A DNA stretch of 60,850 nt from a virus (Duplodnaviria; Caudoviricetes), in the IMG/VR virus record IMGVR_UViG_3300034990_000021, positions 1 to 60,850 of that record, one strand, 5' to 3'. Below the pieces are notes generated by a model, which worked only from the letters and a program-made list of their open reading frames with translations, had not been told where the DNA came from and ran no database searches. Shown here piece by piece: positions 37,430 to 47,161 of the stretch; within the stretch, counting starts at the first letter, position 1; every line of letters starts with the position of its first letter. The translations under genes were made by a program, and so were the position numbers.

Positions 37430-37467
37430 TTGCAATCCTCGAAAAAATCGCCGATACTATGATCATG
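37430..37467 (+). promoter_or_regulatory. Repeated early-type promoter, copy 1
   Basis: T-tract, TTGCAA-17-GATACT-6-ATG; spacer contains AAAAATCGCC. Confidence 0.7.
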
Positions 37468-37497
37468 ATGACGACGACACAAACCGAGGAGACAGCG

Positions 37498-37731
37498 ATG
37501 AGGATCCAAAACGGCGATATCATCTATCTTGGTCGTGCGGGCGGTGCGGACCTGGTAGCCACAGTGGCTAACGACAAAGTGACCATGGCCCACGGCGATC
37601 AAATCACCGCCGAGCTCGAGCTGGCCAGCCTGCCCGCCGATGTGGAGGCCGCAATAGTCCGCGCCAAGGCAAAAAATGCCAGAGACCAAGCCAACCGTTA
37701 CTCCATGTGCCCATCGGGAGGTGTCAGATGA
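37498..37731 (+). CDS. Hypothetical protein (in-frame upstream ATG at 37465)
   Basis: GAGGAG RBS; follows the promoter. Confidence 0.65.
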   Translation: MRIQNGDIIYLGRAGGADLVATVANDKVTMAHGDQITAELELASLPADVEAAIVRAKAKNARDQANRYSMCPSGGVR

Positions 37732-38030
37732 CCACTACCCAGCAATTTACATCGGTGCTAAGCAAGTACGTCCGGGGTCATCCCAGTTACCGTACGGAGG
37801 CAGGCGTCCTGAGGGGTGATTGGGTGGCCGACTGCACTGCCAACAACCAGCCAGCGCAGGACATCATTGCCCAGATGGGTAATTGGGCAACGGTGGATCT
37901 CGAGTTGGACGCAGCCGGCAACTACCGCGTGTGGGTGGAGGGGCCCTGCAGGGGGCATTGGTTAACGTGGGAGGATCTCGACTACCTCGAGACCTGGATC
38001 AACCAACGGTCTCGCGGGCCGGAGGGCTAG
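37728..38030 (+). CDS. Hypothetical protein
   Basis: GGAGG RBS, ATGA overlap. Confidence 0.65.
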   Translation: MTTTQQFTSVLSKYVRGHPSYRTEAGVLRGDWVADCTANNQPAQDIIAQMGNWATVDLELDAAGNYRVWVEGPCRGHWLTWEDLDYLETWINQRSRGPEG

Positions 38031-38059
38031 GTAGCACTACCATCAGCAGGGAGGCAGCA

Positions 38060-38509
38060 ATGATCGACGAGACAGCGGTGGTCCACCCGACGGCGGTGAT
38101 CCACCCAACAGCCCGCATAGACGCCAAGGCTCGCGTGGGAGCTGGCGCTTACGTAGGCGCTGATGCTTACATAGGTACTGGGGCCTACGTAGGCGCCAAG
38201 GCTTACATAGGCAAGAGGGCTTGTGTGAGCGCTGGGACCTGTATTGGTGAGGCGGCTGTAGTGTTCGCGAGGGCCACCATAGGCAATGGGGCTCGCGTAG
38301 GCGCGCTGGCCTGTGTGAGCAACGGAGCTCATGTGGGCGATCGTGCTATTGTAGGCGATGAGGCTCGCGTGGGCGCTGGGGCCATCGTGGGGGATGGGGT
38401 CACCGTGGGTACTGGGGCCATCGTGGGGGATGGAGCCCGTGTGAGTGCTGGGGCCCATATTGCCGAGGGGGCTCGCGTAGACGGTAAGGTTAAGGGGGGC
38501 GCAGGATGA
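38060..38509 (+). CDS. LbH paralog 2 (149 aa)
   Basis: GGAGG RBS; MIDETAVVHPTAVIHPTA then [VI]GxxAx hexads. Confidence 0.88.
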   Translation: MIDETAVVHPTAVIHPTARIDAKARVGAGAYVGADAYIGTGAYVGAKAYIGKRACVSAGTCIGEAAVVFARATIGNGARVGALACVSNGAHVGDRAIVGDEARVGAGAIVGDGVTVGTGAIVGDGARVSAGAHIAEGARVDGKVKGGAG

Positions 38510-39060
38510 TCCATGAGACTGCACAAATACATCCAACGGCTGTGGTCCATCCAACAGCCAACATAGACGCCAAGGCCAATATCGGAGCTGGGGCTCGTAT
38601 AGAAGATGGAGCATACGTAGGTGAGAGAGCTTGTGTGGGCGCTAAGGCCATCATAGGCCCCTCAGTGCACATAGGCGCTAGAGCTATTGTAGGCAGCCTA
38701 GCTGATACGAGCATTGGGGTCTATGTGGGCGCCAGAGCTCGCGTAGGGGCGCAGGCCTACATTGGGGACGGGGCCGCTGTGGGCTTTGGAGCTACCCTAG
38801 GCGGTAGGGCCCGTGTGGATTATGGGGCCGTTGTAAGTCCTAGAGCTACCATTGGGAGCGAGGCTAGTATCAGCCCTCAGGCCCATGTGGGTGTTGGGGC
38901 TAATGTAGGACGTAATGCCTATGTAGGCTCTGGCACTCACGTGGGGGACGGCGCTCACCTGGGTACTAGAGCACGTGTAGGCCGCTGGGCGCGTATAGAC
39001 TCACAAGCTAACGTGGGCCATCGGGCTCGTGTAGACAATTATGCCCATGTGAGGAGATGA
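38506..39060 (+). CDS. LbH paralog 3
   Basis: MIHETAQIHPTA; ATGA coupling. Confidence 0.88.
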   Translation: MIHETAQIHPTAVVHPTANIDAKANIGAGARIEDGAYVGERACVGAKAIIGPSVHIGARAIVGSLADTSIGVYVGARARVGAQAYIGDGAAVGFGATLGGRARVDYGAVVSPRATIGSEASISPQAHVGVGANVGRNAYVGSGTHVGDGAHLGTRARVGRWARIDSQANVGHRARVDNYAHVRR

Positions 39061-39557
39061 TAGTGATCCACGAGACCGCGAAAGTGCATCAAACAGCAAA
39101 GGTCCACCCAACAGCCCATATAGACGCCAAGGCTCGCGTAGGCGCTGGGGCCACCGTGGGCGCCGAGTCCCGCGTGGGCTTTAATGCATGTGTGGAAAGT
39201 GGAGCCGGTATAGGTGCTGCGGTCCGTATTGGCGATCGGGCCAACATAGGCTTTCAAACTTGTGTGGGTGACGGGGTTACTGTAGGCGATGAGGCCCACA
39301 TAGACGATTGCGCCAACGTAGGCACCAAAGCCTATGTAGGTCGTGGAGCCAATGTGAGCGGTTGGGCTCACATAGGTACCGAGGCTAGTATAGGTGATTG
39401 GGCTAGCGTAGGCGTGGGAGCCTACATAGGCGATGGGGCATGTATAGGCCACTGGGCTCGGATTGGTTACGCTGCCCATGTATACAGTGGGGCGCGTGTG
39501 GGGGGCGGAGTCCGTGTGGATCCTAGAGCCATTGTAGATTGTGGGACCTGCACGTAG
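39057..39557 (+). CDS. LbH paralog 4
   Basis: IHETAKVHQTAKVHPTA; ATGA coupling. Confidence 0.88.
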   Translation: MIVIHETAKVHQTAKVHPTAHIDAKARVGAGATVGAESRVGFNACVESGAGIGAAVRIGDRANIGFQTCVGDGVTVGDEAHIDDCANVGTKAYVGRGANVSGWAHIGTEASIGDWASVGVGAYIGDGACIGHWARIGYAAHVYSGARVGGGVRVDPRAIVDCGTCT

Positions 39558-39587
39558 TAACTCTACTCGGTAGGCAGGAGATGGACA

Positions 39588-40022
39588 ATGGGGATCCACA
39601 AGACTGCAAGGGTGCACTCAACAGCAATAATACATCCAACAGCCAACGTGGGCGCTGGGGTCATCGTGGGAGAGTGGGCCCGCATATGCGCTAGGGCCAA
39701 AATCGACTACGGGACCATTATATGTGCTGGGGCAGGCGTAGGCCACGACGCTAACGTAGGCGCTAGGGCTTATGTAGGCCCCATGGCCATTGTAGGTCGT
39801 AGGGCTACCCTAAAATACAAAGCTTGGGTGGACGACTGGGCCCACGTGGGCGACGAGGCCTATGTGGGCGTTGAGGCCCGCGTGGGTATCTGGGCTACAT
39901 TAGGACATGGAGCTCAAATAGGTAATGGCGCCACAGTGGGCGCCAGGGTCCGCATTGACGCTCGGCACACCGTGGGTAACGATGTTACCGTTATGACTAA
40001 TACCAAGGAGGGCGTAGGATGA
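39588..40022 (+). CDS. LbH paralog 5
   Basis: MGIHKTARVHSTAIIHPTA; AGGAG RBS. Confidence 0.88.
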   Translation: MGIHKTARVHSTAIIHPTANVGAGVIVGEWARICARAKIDYGTIICAGAGVGHDANVGARAYVGPMAIVGRRATLKYKAWVDDWAHVGDEAYVGVEARVGIWATLGHGAQIGNGATVGARVRIDARHTVGNDVTVMTNTKEGVG

Positions 40023-40372
40023 TCCACACAACTGCACAGGTCCACCCGACGGCGGTGATCCACCCAACAGCCCATGTGGGGGCGGGAGCTCACGTGGGGG
40101 CTAAAGCTCGCGTATGCGCCGGCGCTCACGTAGGCAATGGAGCTCATGTGGCCCATTGGGCCCATGTGTGTTGTGGGGCTCATGTGGGGGATGGGACCCG
40201 CGTGGATGTCGGGGCTACCATAGGAGTCCGCGCTACTGTGGGCAACGAGGCCTACATCGGCGTTTTGGCCATCGTGGATAACGGGGCCGCTGTGAGCGAC
40301 GGGACCGTTGTGAGCGATGGGGCCGTTGTGGGTAGCCGGACCCATACCGCAACGTGCGGGACGCCAAAGTAA
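40019..40372 (+). CDS. LbH paralog 6
   Basis: MIHTTAQVHPTAVIHPTA; ATGA coupling. Confidence 0.88.
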   Translation: MIHTTAQVHPTAVIHPTAHVGAGAHVGAKARVCAGAHVGNGAHVAHWAHVCCGAHVGDGTRVDVGATIGVRATVGNEAYIGVLAIVDNGAAVSDGTVVSDGAVVGSRTHTATCGTPK

Positions 40373-40391
40373 TTATCATGGAGAGACCAAA

Positions 40392-40805
40392 ATGATCGAC
40401 AAGACCGCAAGAGTGCATCCGACAGCGGCGGTACACCCAACAGCTCACATAGGCGCCAAAGTCTATGTGGGTGCTGGGGCTCGCGTAGGAGAGGGAGCTC
40501 GCATAAGCAGCGGAGCTCGTATTGTCTATGGGGCCATTGTAGGCAATTTGGTGCGTATAGCACCCCATGCCTGCGTGGATGCTGGGGCCACCGTGGGGGC
40601 TGAGGCTCACATAGACATGTGGGCCTATGTGGGTGTTAGAGCCACCGTAGGCGCCAAAGCTCATGTGGGCAGGGGGGCCGGCATAGGCGCGGGGGCTTAC
40701 GTTGGTACTAGGGCCCATATCACTGAGGGGGCCCGCGTGAGTGACGGAGCTTGTGTGGACGACGATGCTGTCGTAGACGCTGAGGTCAAGGAGAGTACGG
40801 GATGA
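40392..40805 (+). CDS. LbH paralog 7 (137 aa)
   Basis: GGAG RBS; MIDKTARVHPTA. Confidence 0.88.
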   Translation: MIDKTARVHPTAAVHPTAHIGAKVYVGAGARVGEGARISSGARIVYGAIVGNLVRIAPHACVDAGATVGAEAHIDMWAYVGVRATVGAKAHVGRGAGIGAGAYVGTRAHITEGARVSDGACVDDDAVVDAEVKESTG

Positions 40806-41395
40806 TCCATGAGACTGCGAGGGTGCATCAAACAGCAGTGATACACCCAACAGCCTACGTGGGTGCTAAAGTCTATGTGGGGGAGGGGGCTCATGTAGGG
40901 GAGGGTGCTCAGGTAGGAGATAGAGCTCGTATTGCCTGCAGGGCTATTGTGGCCAGTTTGGCGCGCATAGACCAAAATGCTTTTGTGGGTACTGGGGCCA
41001 GTGTAGACGTCGAGGCTACCATAGGCATATGGGCCTTTTTGGACGTTGGGGCTACCGTAGGCGCTGGGGCTCGTGTGGACGGGTGGGCCTTTGTAGGTAA
41101 CGGAGCCATTGTAGGTATTAGAGCACATATACGCAGGGAGGTTACTATATGCAGCATGGCCCGTGTGGGCGCCTCGGCTCGCGTGGGTGCGTGGACCTAT
41201 GTAGGCGAGGAGGCTTATGTGGGTAACAACGTCTATATAGGTAGCTCAAGCATTGTGGACGCTGGTGCTCACGTGGGTGCCTCGGCCATTGTGGGGGCCA
41301 GGGCCTATATTGCTGAGGGGGCTCGCGTAGGTGAGGGGGATCGTACAGACGATGATGCTACCGTAAGTAGCAAGATTGATGAGGGTACAGGATGA
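40802..41395 (+). CDS. LbH paralog 8
   Basis: MIHETARVHQTAVIHPTA; ATGA coupling. Confidence 0.88.
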   Translation: MIHETARVHQTAVIHPTAYVGAKVYVGEGAHVGEGAQVGDRARIACRAIVASLARIDQNAFVGTGASVDVEATIGIWAFLDVGATVGAGARVDGWAFVGNGAIVGIRAHIRREVTICSMARVGASARVGAWTYVGEEAYVGNNVYIGSSSIVDAGAHVGASAIVGARAYIAEGARVGEGDRTDDDATVSSKIDEGTG

Positions 41396-42468
41396 TCCAC
41401 GGGACAGCACGGGTACACCAAACAGCGGTCATCCATCCATCAGCCCATGTGGGAGCGGGGGCTTGCGTAGGCGCTCGGGCATTTGTGGGCGCTATGGCCT
41501 ACGTGGGCGACGGAGCTCATATTGAGGAGATGGCCCATATAGGTGATGGGGCTAATATAGGCCCCGAGGCCTATGTAGGTCACAAGGTCGAGGTGAGTCG
41601 TGGGGCTGTTGTGGATCGCGAGGCCCACGTGGGTAACGAGGCCTACGTGTGTATGTGGACTCATGTGGGCTGTTTGGTGCGTATAGGTCCCAGGGCCCAT
41701 GTGCACTATCTAGCTTATGTAGGTGCCCAGGCTAAGGTGGGTGATTGGGCTTACGTGGGTCCTAGAGCTCGCATAGGAGATTGGGCTTACGTGGGTGATT
41801 GGGCCCGTGTAAATGTCGCGGCTAGAGTAGGTGATTATGCCTACGTGGGCGCTAGGACTACCATAGGTGATAGAGCTACAGTAGGTACCAGAGCGCGTGT
41901 GGGCGGGAGGGTCTACATAGGTAATGATACTGTCGTAGGCGTCCGAGCTATCATAAGCAGCGGTACTCACATAGGCGCTGAGACCACTGTGGTCGACGCG
42001 GCCACCGTGGGCGATGAGAGGCGCACAGTGGTACGCATCAAACCCCTACACCCTGATTTGGGTTCGTCCATCCCGCTGCCCACGCGAATGAGCGAGCAGG
42101 CGGCTGGTCTGGATTTGGCAGCAGCCGTAGATGAGCCGCGCACATTGAAACCAGGGGAACGTGCTCTGATTCCTTGCGGGTTCGCCATGGCTCTCCCTGT
42201 TGGGCACGAGGCGCAAGTGCGCCCGCGCAGTGGTTTGGCGGCACACCACGGCATCAGTGTACTCAGTGCGCCGGGGACTATCGATGCCGACTATCGCGGC
42301 GAAGTCAAAGTCATAGTGATCAACCTGGGTAATGAGCCTTTTGTCGTGCAAAAAGGCATGCGCATTGCTCAGATGATTATCGCGCCGGTGCTAGCTCCTG
42401 AGATCGAACTAGTCACCGAGCTCGATAGTACAAAGCGCGGCCAAAATGGGCTCGGATCAACCGGGTAG
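41392..42468 (+). CDS. dut: LbH paralog 9 fused in frame to a trimeric dUTPase
   Basis: About 210 aa of hexads, then AAGLDL, RPRSGLA, PGTIDADYRGE, RIAQ, RGQNGLGSTG. Confidence 0.9.
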   Translation: MIHGTARVHQTAVIHPSAHVGAGACVGARAFVGAMAYVGDGAHIEEMAHIGDGANIGPEAYVGHKVEVSRGAVVDREAHVGNEAYVCMWTHVGCLVRIGPRAHVHYLAYVGAQAKVGDWAYVGPRARIGDWAYVGDWARVNVAARVGDYAYVGARTTIGDRATVGTRARVGGRVYIGNDTVVGVRAIISSGTHIGAETTVVDAATVGDERRTVVRIKPLHPDLGSSIPLPTRMSEQAAGLDLAAAVDEPRTLKPGERALIPCGFAMALPVGHEAQVRPRSGLAAHHGISVLSAPGTIDADYRGEVKVIVINLGNEPFVVQKGMRIAQMIIAPVLAPEIELVTELDSTKRGQNGLGSTG

Positions 42469-42490
42469 TTACCAAGGAGGCAAGCAACAC

Positions 42491-42676
42491 ATGCGCTCAG
42501 TCAAACGCATGGATTCACCGGAGTCCCGGAGGTTCTGGGCACAACTAGACAAAAACCGCGAAGAGGTCGCGGGTTGGCCCGAATGGAAACGCCAGACGCC
42601 AGTAGCCGATCCGCCGCTCCCACGCAGCCCACTTGAGGCGTTGGAATGCGCCATGGACTGGGCAGTTACTAAGTAG
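42491..42676 (+). CDS. Small hypothetical protein
   Basis: AGGAGG RBS; the ExRxFWxxLDK motif is shared with 53869. Confidence 0.6.
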   Translation: MRSVKRMDSPESRRFWAQLDKNREEVAGWPEWKRQTPVADPPLPRSPLEALECAMDWAVTK

Positions 42677-42799
42677 GTAGAGGAGATTGCTATGTTCAAA
42701 CCGAATCCTAGTCAGAAATGGTACGAGAAGGCGATCAAGTGTGAGGGCGATCACGACATCTACTTGGGCCCATCACATCGGACAAGGAGGCAAGCAGCA

Positions 42800-43534
42800 A
42801 TGATCCACGAGAGTGCTAAAGTGCATCCAACAGCGACCATCCACCCGGGTGCTCACGTAGGCCCAAATGTCCATGTGGGTGCTAAAGCCGTTGTGGGAGT
42901 TGGAGCGCACATAGGCCGTGGGGGTTGTGTGGGCGACGCAGCCTACGTGGGACCTGACGCTTATATAGGCCGTAGGGTCAAGATAGGTAACAACGTCATC
43001 ATTGGTACCGCGGCCGACCTGGGCGCCGATGTTATCATAGGTGATGAGGCCCGCATTGATGCCGAGGTCCGCATAGGTACCAAGGCCATAATAGGCCGAC
43101 AGACACATGTAGGCACCACGGCCCGCGTATTCCCTGTGGCTCGTGTAGGTGCCGATGTCAGTGTAGGACCGTGGGCGTGGGTGGGTCACATGGTCCGTGT
43201 GGGTAATGGAGTTGTCATAGGCGTCGAGACCAATATTGGTGACAAGGTCCATGTGGGTGCCGACGCCCGCATAGGTCTCAGGGTCGAGGTGGGCAGTGAC
43301 GCTAACATAGGCGCCAAGGCCGTTGTGGATGATGAGGCCTATGTAGGTGTTGAGACTCACATAGGGGATGGAGCCCACATAGGCGTCGGAGCCAACATTG
43401 GTGCTTGGGCCTGCATTGGGGCTGGGGCCCATATAGGGGATGGGTCTTGGGTAGACTCTCGAGCCGTTGTAGGCAGGAGAGCCCATGTTGCAGCGTACAG
43501 TAGGACACGCGCGCTCGGGGAGGCGCCAAAATAA
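42800..43534 (+). CDS. LbH paralog 10 (244 aa; in-frame upstream start at 42692 possible)
   Basis: AGGAGG RBS; MIHESAKVHPTATIHPGA. Confidence 0.88.
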   Translation: MIHESAKVHPTATIHPGAHVGPNVHVGAKAVVGVGAHIGRGGCVGDAAYVGPDAYIGRRVKIGNNVIIGTAADLGADVIIGDEARIDAEVRIGTKAIIGRQTHVGTTARVFPVARVGADVSVGPWAWVGHMVRVGNGVVIGVETNIGDKVHVGADARIGLRVEVGSDANIGAKAVVDDEAYVGVETHIGDGAHIGVGANIGAWACIGAGAHIGDGSWVDSRAVVGRRAHVAAYSRTRALGEAPK

Positions 43535-43558
43535 TTTTTGCGGAGTCTCACTTTTTTG

Positions 43559-43596
43559 TTGCAGTGACCGAAAAAATCGTCGATACTAGGATCATG
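43559..43596 (+). promoter_or_regulatory. Repeated early-type promoter, copy 2
   Basis: T-tract, TTGCAG-17-GATACT-AGGATC-ATG. Confidence 0.7.
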
Positions 43597-43887
43597 ACAA
43601 AGACACCAAAAATCAAGGTCATTAAGCAGCTCTCAGGTAATTACGTACTCCGGATTGCCCGCTTCCGCGATTTCGGCCCGTCAGACGAGCTGAAAGTCTG
43701 CAAGACACTCCGTGATGTACAGGCCGACCTTAGCTCCCGCTTCGGGCAGCGTCACGATTGCCCCTCTAAGTGGCCAGAGGGCAAAAAAGAGGTGACAGTC
43801 AGCATCGCGTATCGACTCACCCCTGTGAGTCAGGACTACGACCACTCCGCACCAATCACTATCACTCCGGCATCATGGCCATGGTGA
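43594..43887 (+). CDS. Hypothetical protein, probably leaderless
   Basis: ATG at the predicted TSS; no SD sequence. Confidence 0.6.
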   Translation: MTKTPKIKVIKQLSGNYVLRIARFRDFGPSDELKVCKTLRDVQADLSSRFGQRHDCPSKWPEGKKEVTVSIAYRLTPVSQDYDHSAPITITPASWPW

Positions 43888-44498
43888 GATCTCGCCAATT
43901 ACTCCTCACTGTACGCAAGGTCATGTCCTGGCGACCGTGTGAGGACTGGCCCGAGAGGCGCCTGCTCGAATATGCTGCAGGTCGTAAGAGTGTCAGCGTT
44001 ATCACTGTGCTACGTGACGAAACTCTCTCTACGGGTGCCCGTATCTTTGTGGGAGCAAATGCGTTGCAAGGGCGCCATGCAGAGATTGGGTATTGGGCTG
44101 CCGATAGAGCGGTGCACATCCACGCGCTCGCTGCGCTAGAGATGTACGATCACCGCGAGCAGGCTGATCTCATACGTGCGCTGCCACCTGTTACTAATGT
44201 AGCGCCCGCTAGGATAGCACACCGTATGTGCAGGGAGGCAAGACATGGGATGCAGTCTGGGTATGCGACCGACGCGCTCGAAGATGCTTCACGGGCGGCC
44301 GGCCATGCATACCCTAGCAGAGAAGCTGCGTTTTTCGAGCAGCCTCCCACGGATCTCTGGCAAGTACTACAGTACGCGGCCAGGGCGGCTCAGGCGCCGA
44401 TTGAGGACAGGCACCCCACGACACTATCCGCAGCCTTTCGCGCAGAGCAACTAGTACATATTAACCATATACTTGATTTTATTGATGAAAAAAGTTGA
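43881..44498 (+). CDS. Ala-rich helical hypothetical protein
   Basis: Overlaps the upstream gene; SWRPCxxW motif. Confidence 0.65.
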   Translation: MVRSRQLLLTVRKVMSWRPCEDWPERRLLEYAAGRKSVSVITVLRDETLSTGARIFVGANALQGRHAEIGYWAADRAVHIHALAALEMYDHREQADLIRALPPVTNVAPARIAHRMCREARHGMQSGYATDALEDASRAAGHAYPSREAAFFEQPPTDLWQVLQYAARAAQAPIEDRHPTTLSAAFRAEQLVHINHILDFIDEKS

Positions 44499-44518
44499 TC
44501 ATCCCGTGTCGATTTTGC

Positions 44519-44556
44519 TTGATACCTGCGACAAAATCGTCGATACTAGGATCATG
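44519..44556 (+). promoter_or_regulatory. Repeated early-type promoter, copy 3
   Basis: TTGATA-17-GATACT-AGGATC-ATG; shares AAAATCGTCGATACTAGGATCATGA with copy 2. Confidence 0.7.
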
Positions 44557-44629
44557 ATGACAACGACAACGACGACTGACGGCGAGCCACTGTTGGTTGG
44601 CGCCATCCAATTTTAAAGGGGCAAAGACA

Positions 44630-45046
44630 ATGACCAAAGAAGATTTTGACAGTCTACCAGACGCCGACTGTTTGCCAAATGCGGCGCAGCAGAGGAGACT
44701 GTACGAATTGGCCAAATTGTCGCGTGATAGAGCGACAAGATCCTACAATAGTTTTGTTGGGGCCGATTCGGCTGAGGCGTACGTACACGATTTGATCGCC
44801 GACATCTACGGGGTCGTGGGCTCTGGTAAAGATGCTGGCGCTGTTATCCAATTGAATTTGGGTAAGTGGCGTAGATATGCGGCAGATCAAAATGATCGTG
44901 TAGACAATGCCCCAAAGATGCCCAAAAGGCACCCTAGAGGGGGGCAACCCGTAATTGCCCACCGATGGGTATCACCCGATTTATTTGGTAGTTATCTACC
45001 ACATGTCAAGGGTATGATTGACAAAATCAAAGGACCACAACGATGA
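44630..45046 (+). CDS. Hypothetical protein
   Basis: AGGGG RBS then MTKED. Confidence 0.65.
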   Translation: MTKEDFDSLPDADCLPNAAQQRRLYELAKLSRDRATRSYNSFVGADSAEAYVHDLIADIYGVVGSGKDAGAVIQLNLGKWRRYAADQNDRVDNAPKMPKRHPRGGQPVIAHRWVSPDLFGSYLPHVKGMIDKIKGPQR

Positions 45047-45282
45047 TGACGATGTACCATTTGGACGGGGGACCACTGAGGTCTCTACAGTATCTACTGC
45101 AACGTGCGGCTCGGCACTGTCGCACACAGGACCTTGAGGCTCTGCGGTCCTGGGCAGAGGATCCAAGGCGTAGGGACGGTGACAAGTGGGTGTCACCACT
45201 CCGCTATACCTGTGGGACTGCAGCCGGCCAGCCACGACTCGTGGTAACTGCAGCGGTTCGTCAAGGACCGGGGGAGTGCGAA

Positions 45283-45867
45283 ATGATCGACAAGACGGCA
45301 GTGGTGGACCCAACGGCGGTGATCCACCCATCAGCCAGTATAGGCATTAAAGCCTACATCGGCAAGGGGGTTGTAGTAGGCGCCCAGGCTCAAATAGGCA
45401 ACGGGGCCCACGTGAGCGATAAGGCCCACATAGGCGCCCAGGCTCAAATAGCCGGGTGCGTCTATATAGAGACCATGGCCTGCGTAGATGACCACGCCAG
45501 TATAGAGGCTGGGGCCCATGTAGGATCAAGGGCACGTATTGGGGAGGGGGCTATTATAGGCCCCGAGGTCTCTATCGGGGCTGATGCCAATGTGGGCTGC
45601 GGAGCTCGTGTAGGTCTATGGGCTCGCGTGGGTGGTTGGGCCCGCATTGAGGCTGAGGCCCACGTGGGCACTCAGGCCAACATCGGCATCGAGGCACACG
45701 TAGGTGCCAGAGCTCGTGTGGGCAATGACGCATCCATTGGCGCCATGGCCGCCATCGGAAACGGGGCCATCGTGGGTACTAAGGCCTCCGTGGGCGACCG
45801 GGCCACTGTCAGGGAGGGGGCTAACGTAGGTGATGGAGCTTACGTGGCCACCGACAACGAGCAGTAG
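45283..45867 (+). CDS. LbH paralog 11 (194 aa; an in-frame 80-aa N-extension from 45043 is possible)
   Basis: GGGGAG RBS; MIDKTAVVDPTAVIHPSA. Confidence 0.85.
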   Translation: MIDKTAVVDPTAVIHPSASIGIKAYIGKGVVVGAQAQIGNGAHVSDKAHIGAQAQIAGCVYIETMACVDDHASIEAGAHVGSRARIGEGAIIGPEVSIGADANVGCGARVGLWARVGGWARIEAEAHVGTQANIGIEAHVGARARVGNDASIGAMAAIGNGAIVGTKASVGDRATVREGANVGDGAYVATDNEQ

Positions 45868-45937
45868 TAGCTCTGCCACGCCCCCATGCTTGCGGGCCTG
45901 GGGGCTAGGCAGCGTTACCACCAGCAAGGAGCCGGTA

Positions 45938-46402
45938 ATGATCGACGAGACAGCAACGATAGCCCCATCAGCAACTATCCACCCGACAGCAATCATCCAC
46001 CCGGGCGCTCACGTAGGCGTTAATGCAGTTGTAGGCCGCGATGTCATCATAGGTAGTAGAGCTAAGGTGGGCGACCGAACTATCGTGTGTGGTGGGGCTA
46101 CCGTAGGTAATGGGGCTACCGTAGCTCCCTGGGCCTATATTGGTCCTGGAGCCCACGTGGAGGCCAAAGCCAATGTGGGTTATGCAACTACAGTAGGCCC
46201 TTGGGCCCGTGTGGGCAGTGGGGCTCGCATTGCCTCCGAGGCCATTGTAGCCCAAGAGGCTGTCATAAGTGACAGAGCACATGTAGGGGCTGGGGCCCGT
46301 GTAGGAGCGGGGGCACATGTTGGGGAGGGGGCCTGTATCAAAAGCGGGGCTATTGTAGGTGATGGGGCCCGCGTAGAAGATTGGGACACCGTAAACCCCT
46401 AG
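45938..46402 (+). CDS. LbH paralog 12 (154 aa)
   Basis: AAGGAG RBS; MIDETATIAPSATIHPTA. Confidence 0.88.
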   Translation: MIDETATIAPSATIHPTAIIHPGAHVGVNAVVGRDVIIGSRAKVGDRTIVCGGATVGNGATVAPWAYIGPGAHVEAKANVGYATTVGPWARVGSGARIASEAIVAQEAVISDRAHVGAGARVGAGAHVGEGACIKSGAIVGDGARVEDWDTVNP

Positions 46403-46429
46403 ATTACCACCAATTAACGAGGTGATGAC

Positions 46430-47116
46430 ATGATCCATCAGACCGCGGTAATAGACCCATCGGCGACTATCCACCCGTCGGCCTATGTAGGTGCTGGAGC
46501 CCGCGTGGAGGCCAAAGCCGATGTGGGCAGTCGGGCCAGCGTGGGCTGTGGTGTACGTGTGGGGCGCGGGGCCCATGTAGGGTGTGGAGCAAACGTGTGC
46601 ACTGGCGCCAATGTGGATGCTGGCGCATACATAGACAACAGAGCTCATATAGGCAACTACGCTCGCGTGGGTACCAAGGCACATGTGGGAGTTTGGACTG
46701 TTGTAGATGCCGGCACCCTTGTTGGTGCTGGAGCCTACATAGGCCCGGAAGCCCGCATAGGTGCTGCGGTCTGTATTGGCATTGATGCTCATGTGGGGCA
46801 CCAGACCCACGTGGGCGTCGAGGCCTACATAGGTGATAAAGCCTGTGTGGGTGACAAGGCTAACATAGGCGTTAGAGCCCGTGTGGGTTACAGAGCCTGC
46901 GTAGGTAATGAGACTTACGTGGGCAACTGGACTGTCGTGGGCAGGGGGGCTCACGTTTTTGACCGGGCTAACGTAGGTGATATGGGCTACGTGGGTGTAG
47001 GGGCCCGCGTAGAGTATGGGGCCCACGTGTGGGAGGGAGTACACGTAGGCGATGGGGCTCGTGTTGAGCCCGGAGAGCTGCTGCTGGAGTCGAGATACGA
47101 CTGTCAATACGGTTAG
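46430..47116 (+). CDS. LbH paralog 13
   Basis: GAGGTG RBS; MIHQTAVIDPSATIHPSA. Confidence 0.88.
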   Translation: MIHQTAVIDPSATIHPSAYVGAGARVEAKADVGSRASVGCGVRVGRGAHVGCGANVCTGANVDAGAYIDNRAHIGNYARVGTKAHVGVWTVVDAGTLVGAGAYIGPEARIGAAVCIGIDAHVGHQTHVGVEAYIGDKACVGDKANIGVRARVGYRACVGNETYVGNWTVVGRGAHVFDRANVGDMGYVGVGARVEYGAHVWEGVHVGDGARVEPGELLLESRYDCQYG

Positions 47117-47161
47117 GCAATGGGGCTACAAATGATGACGATGATGACAGGAGCATAAGGG

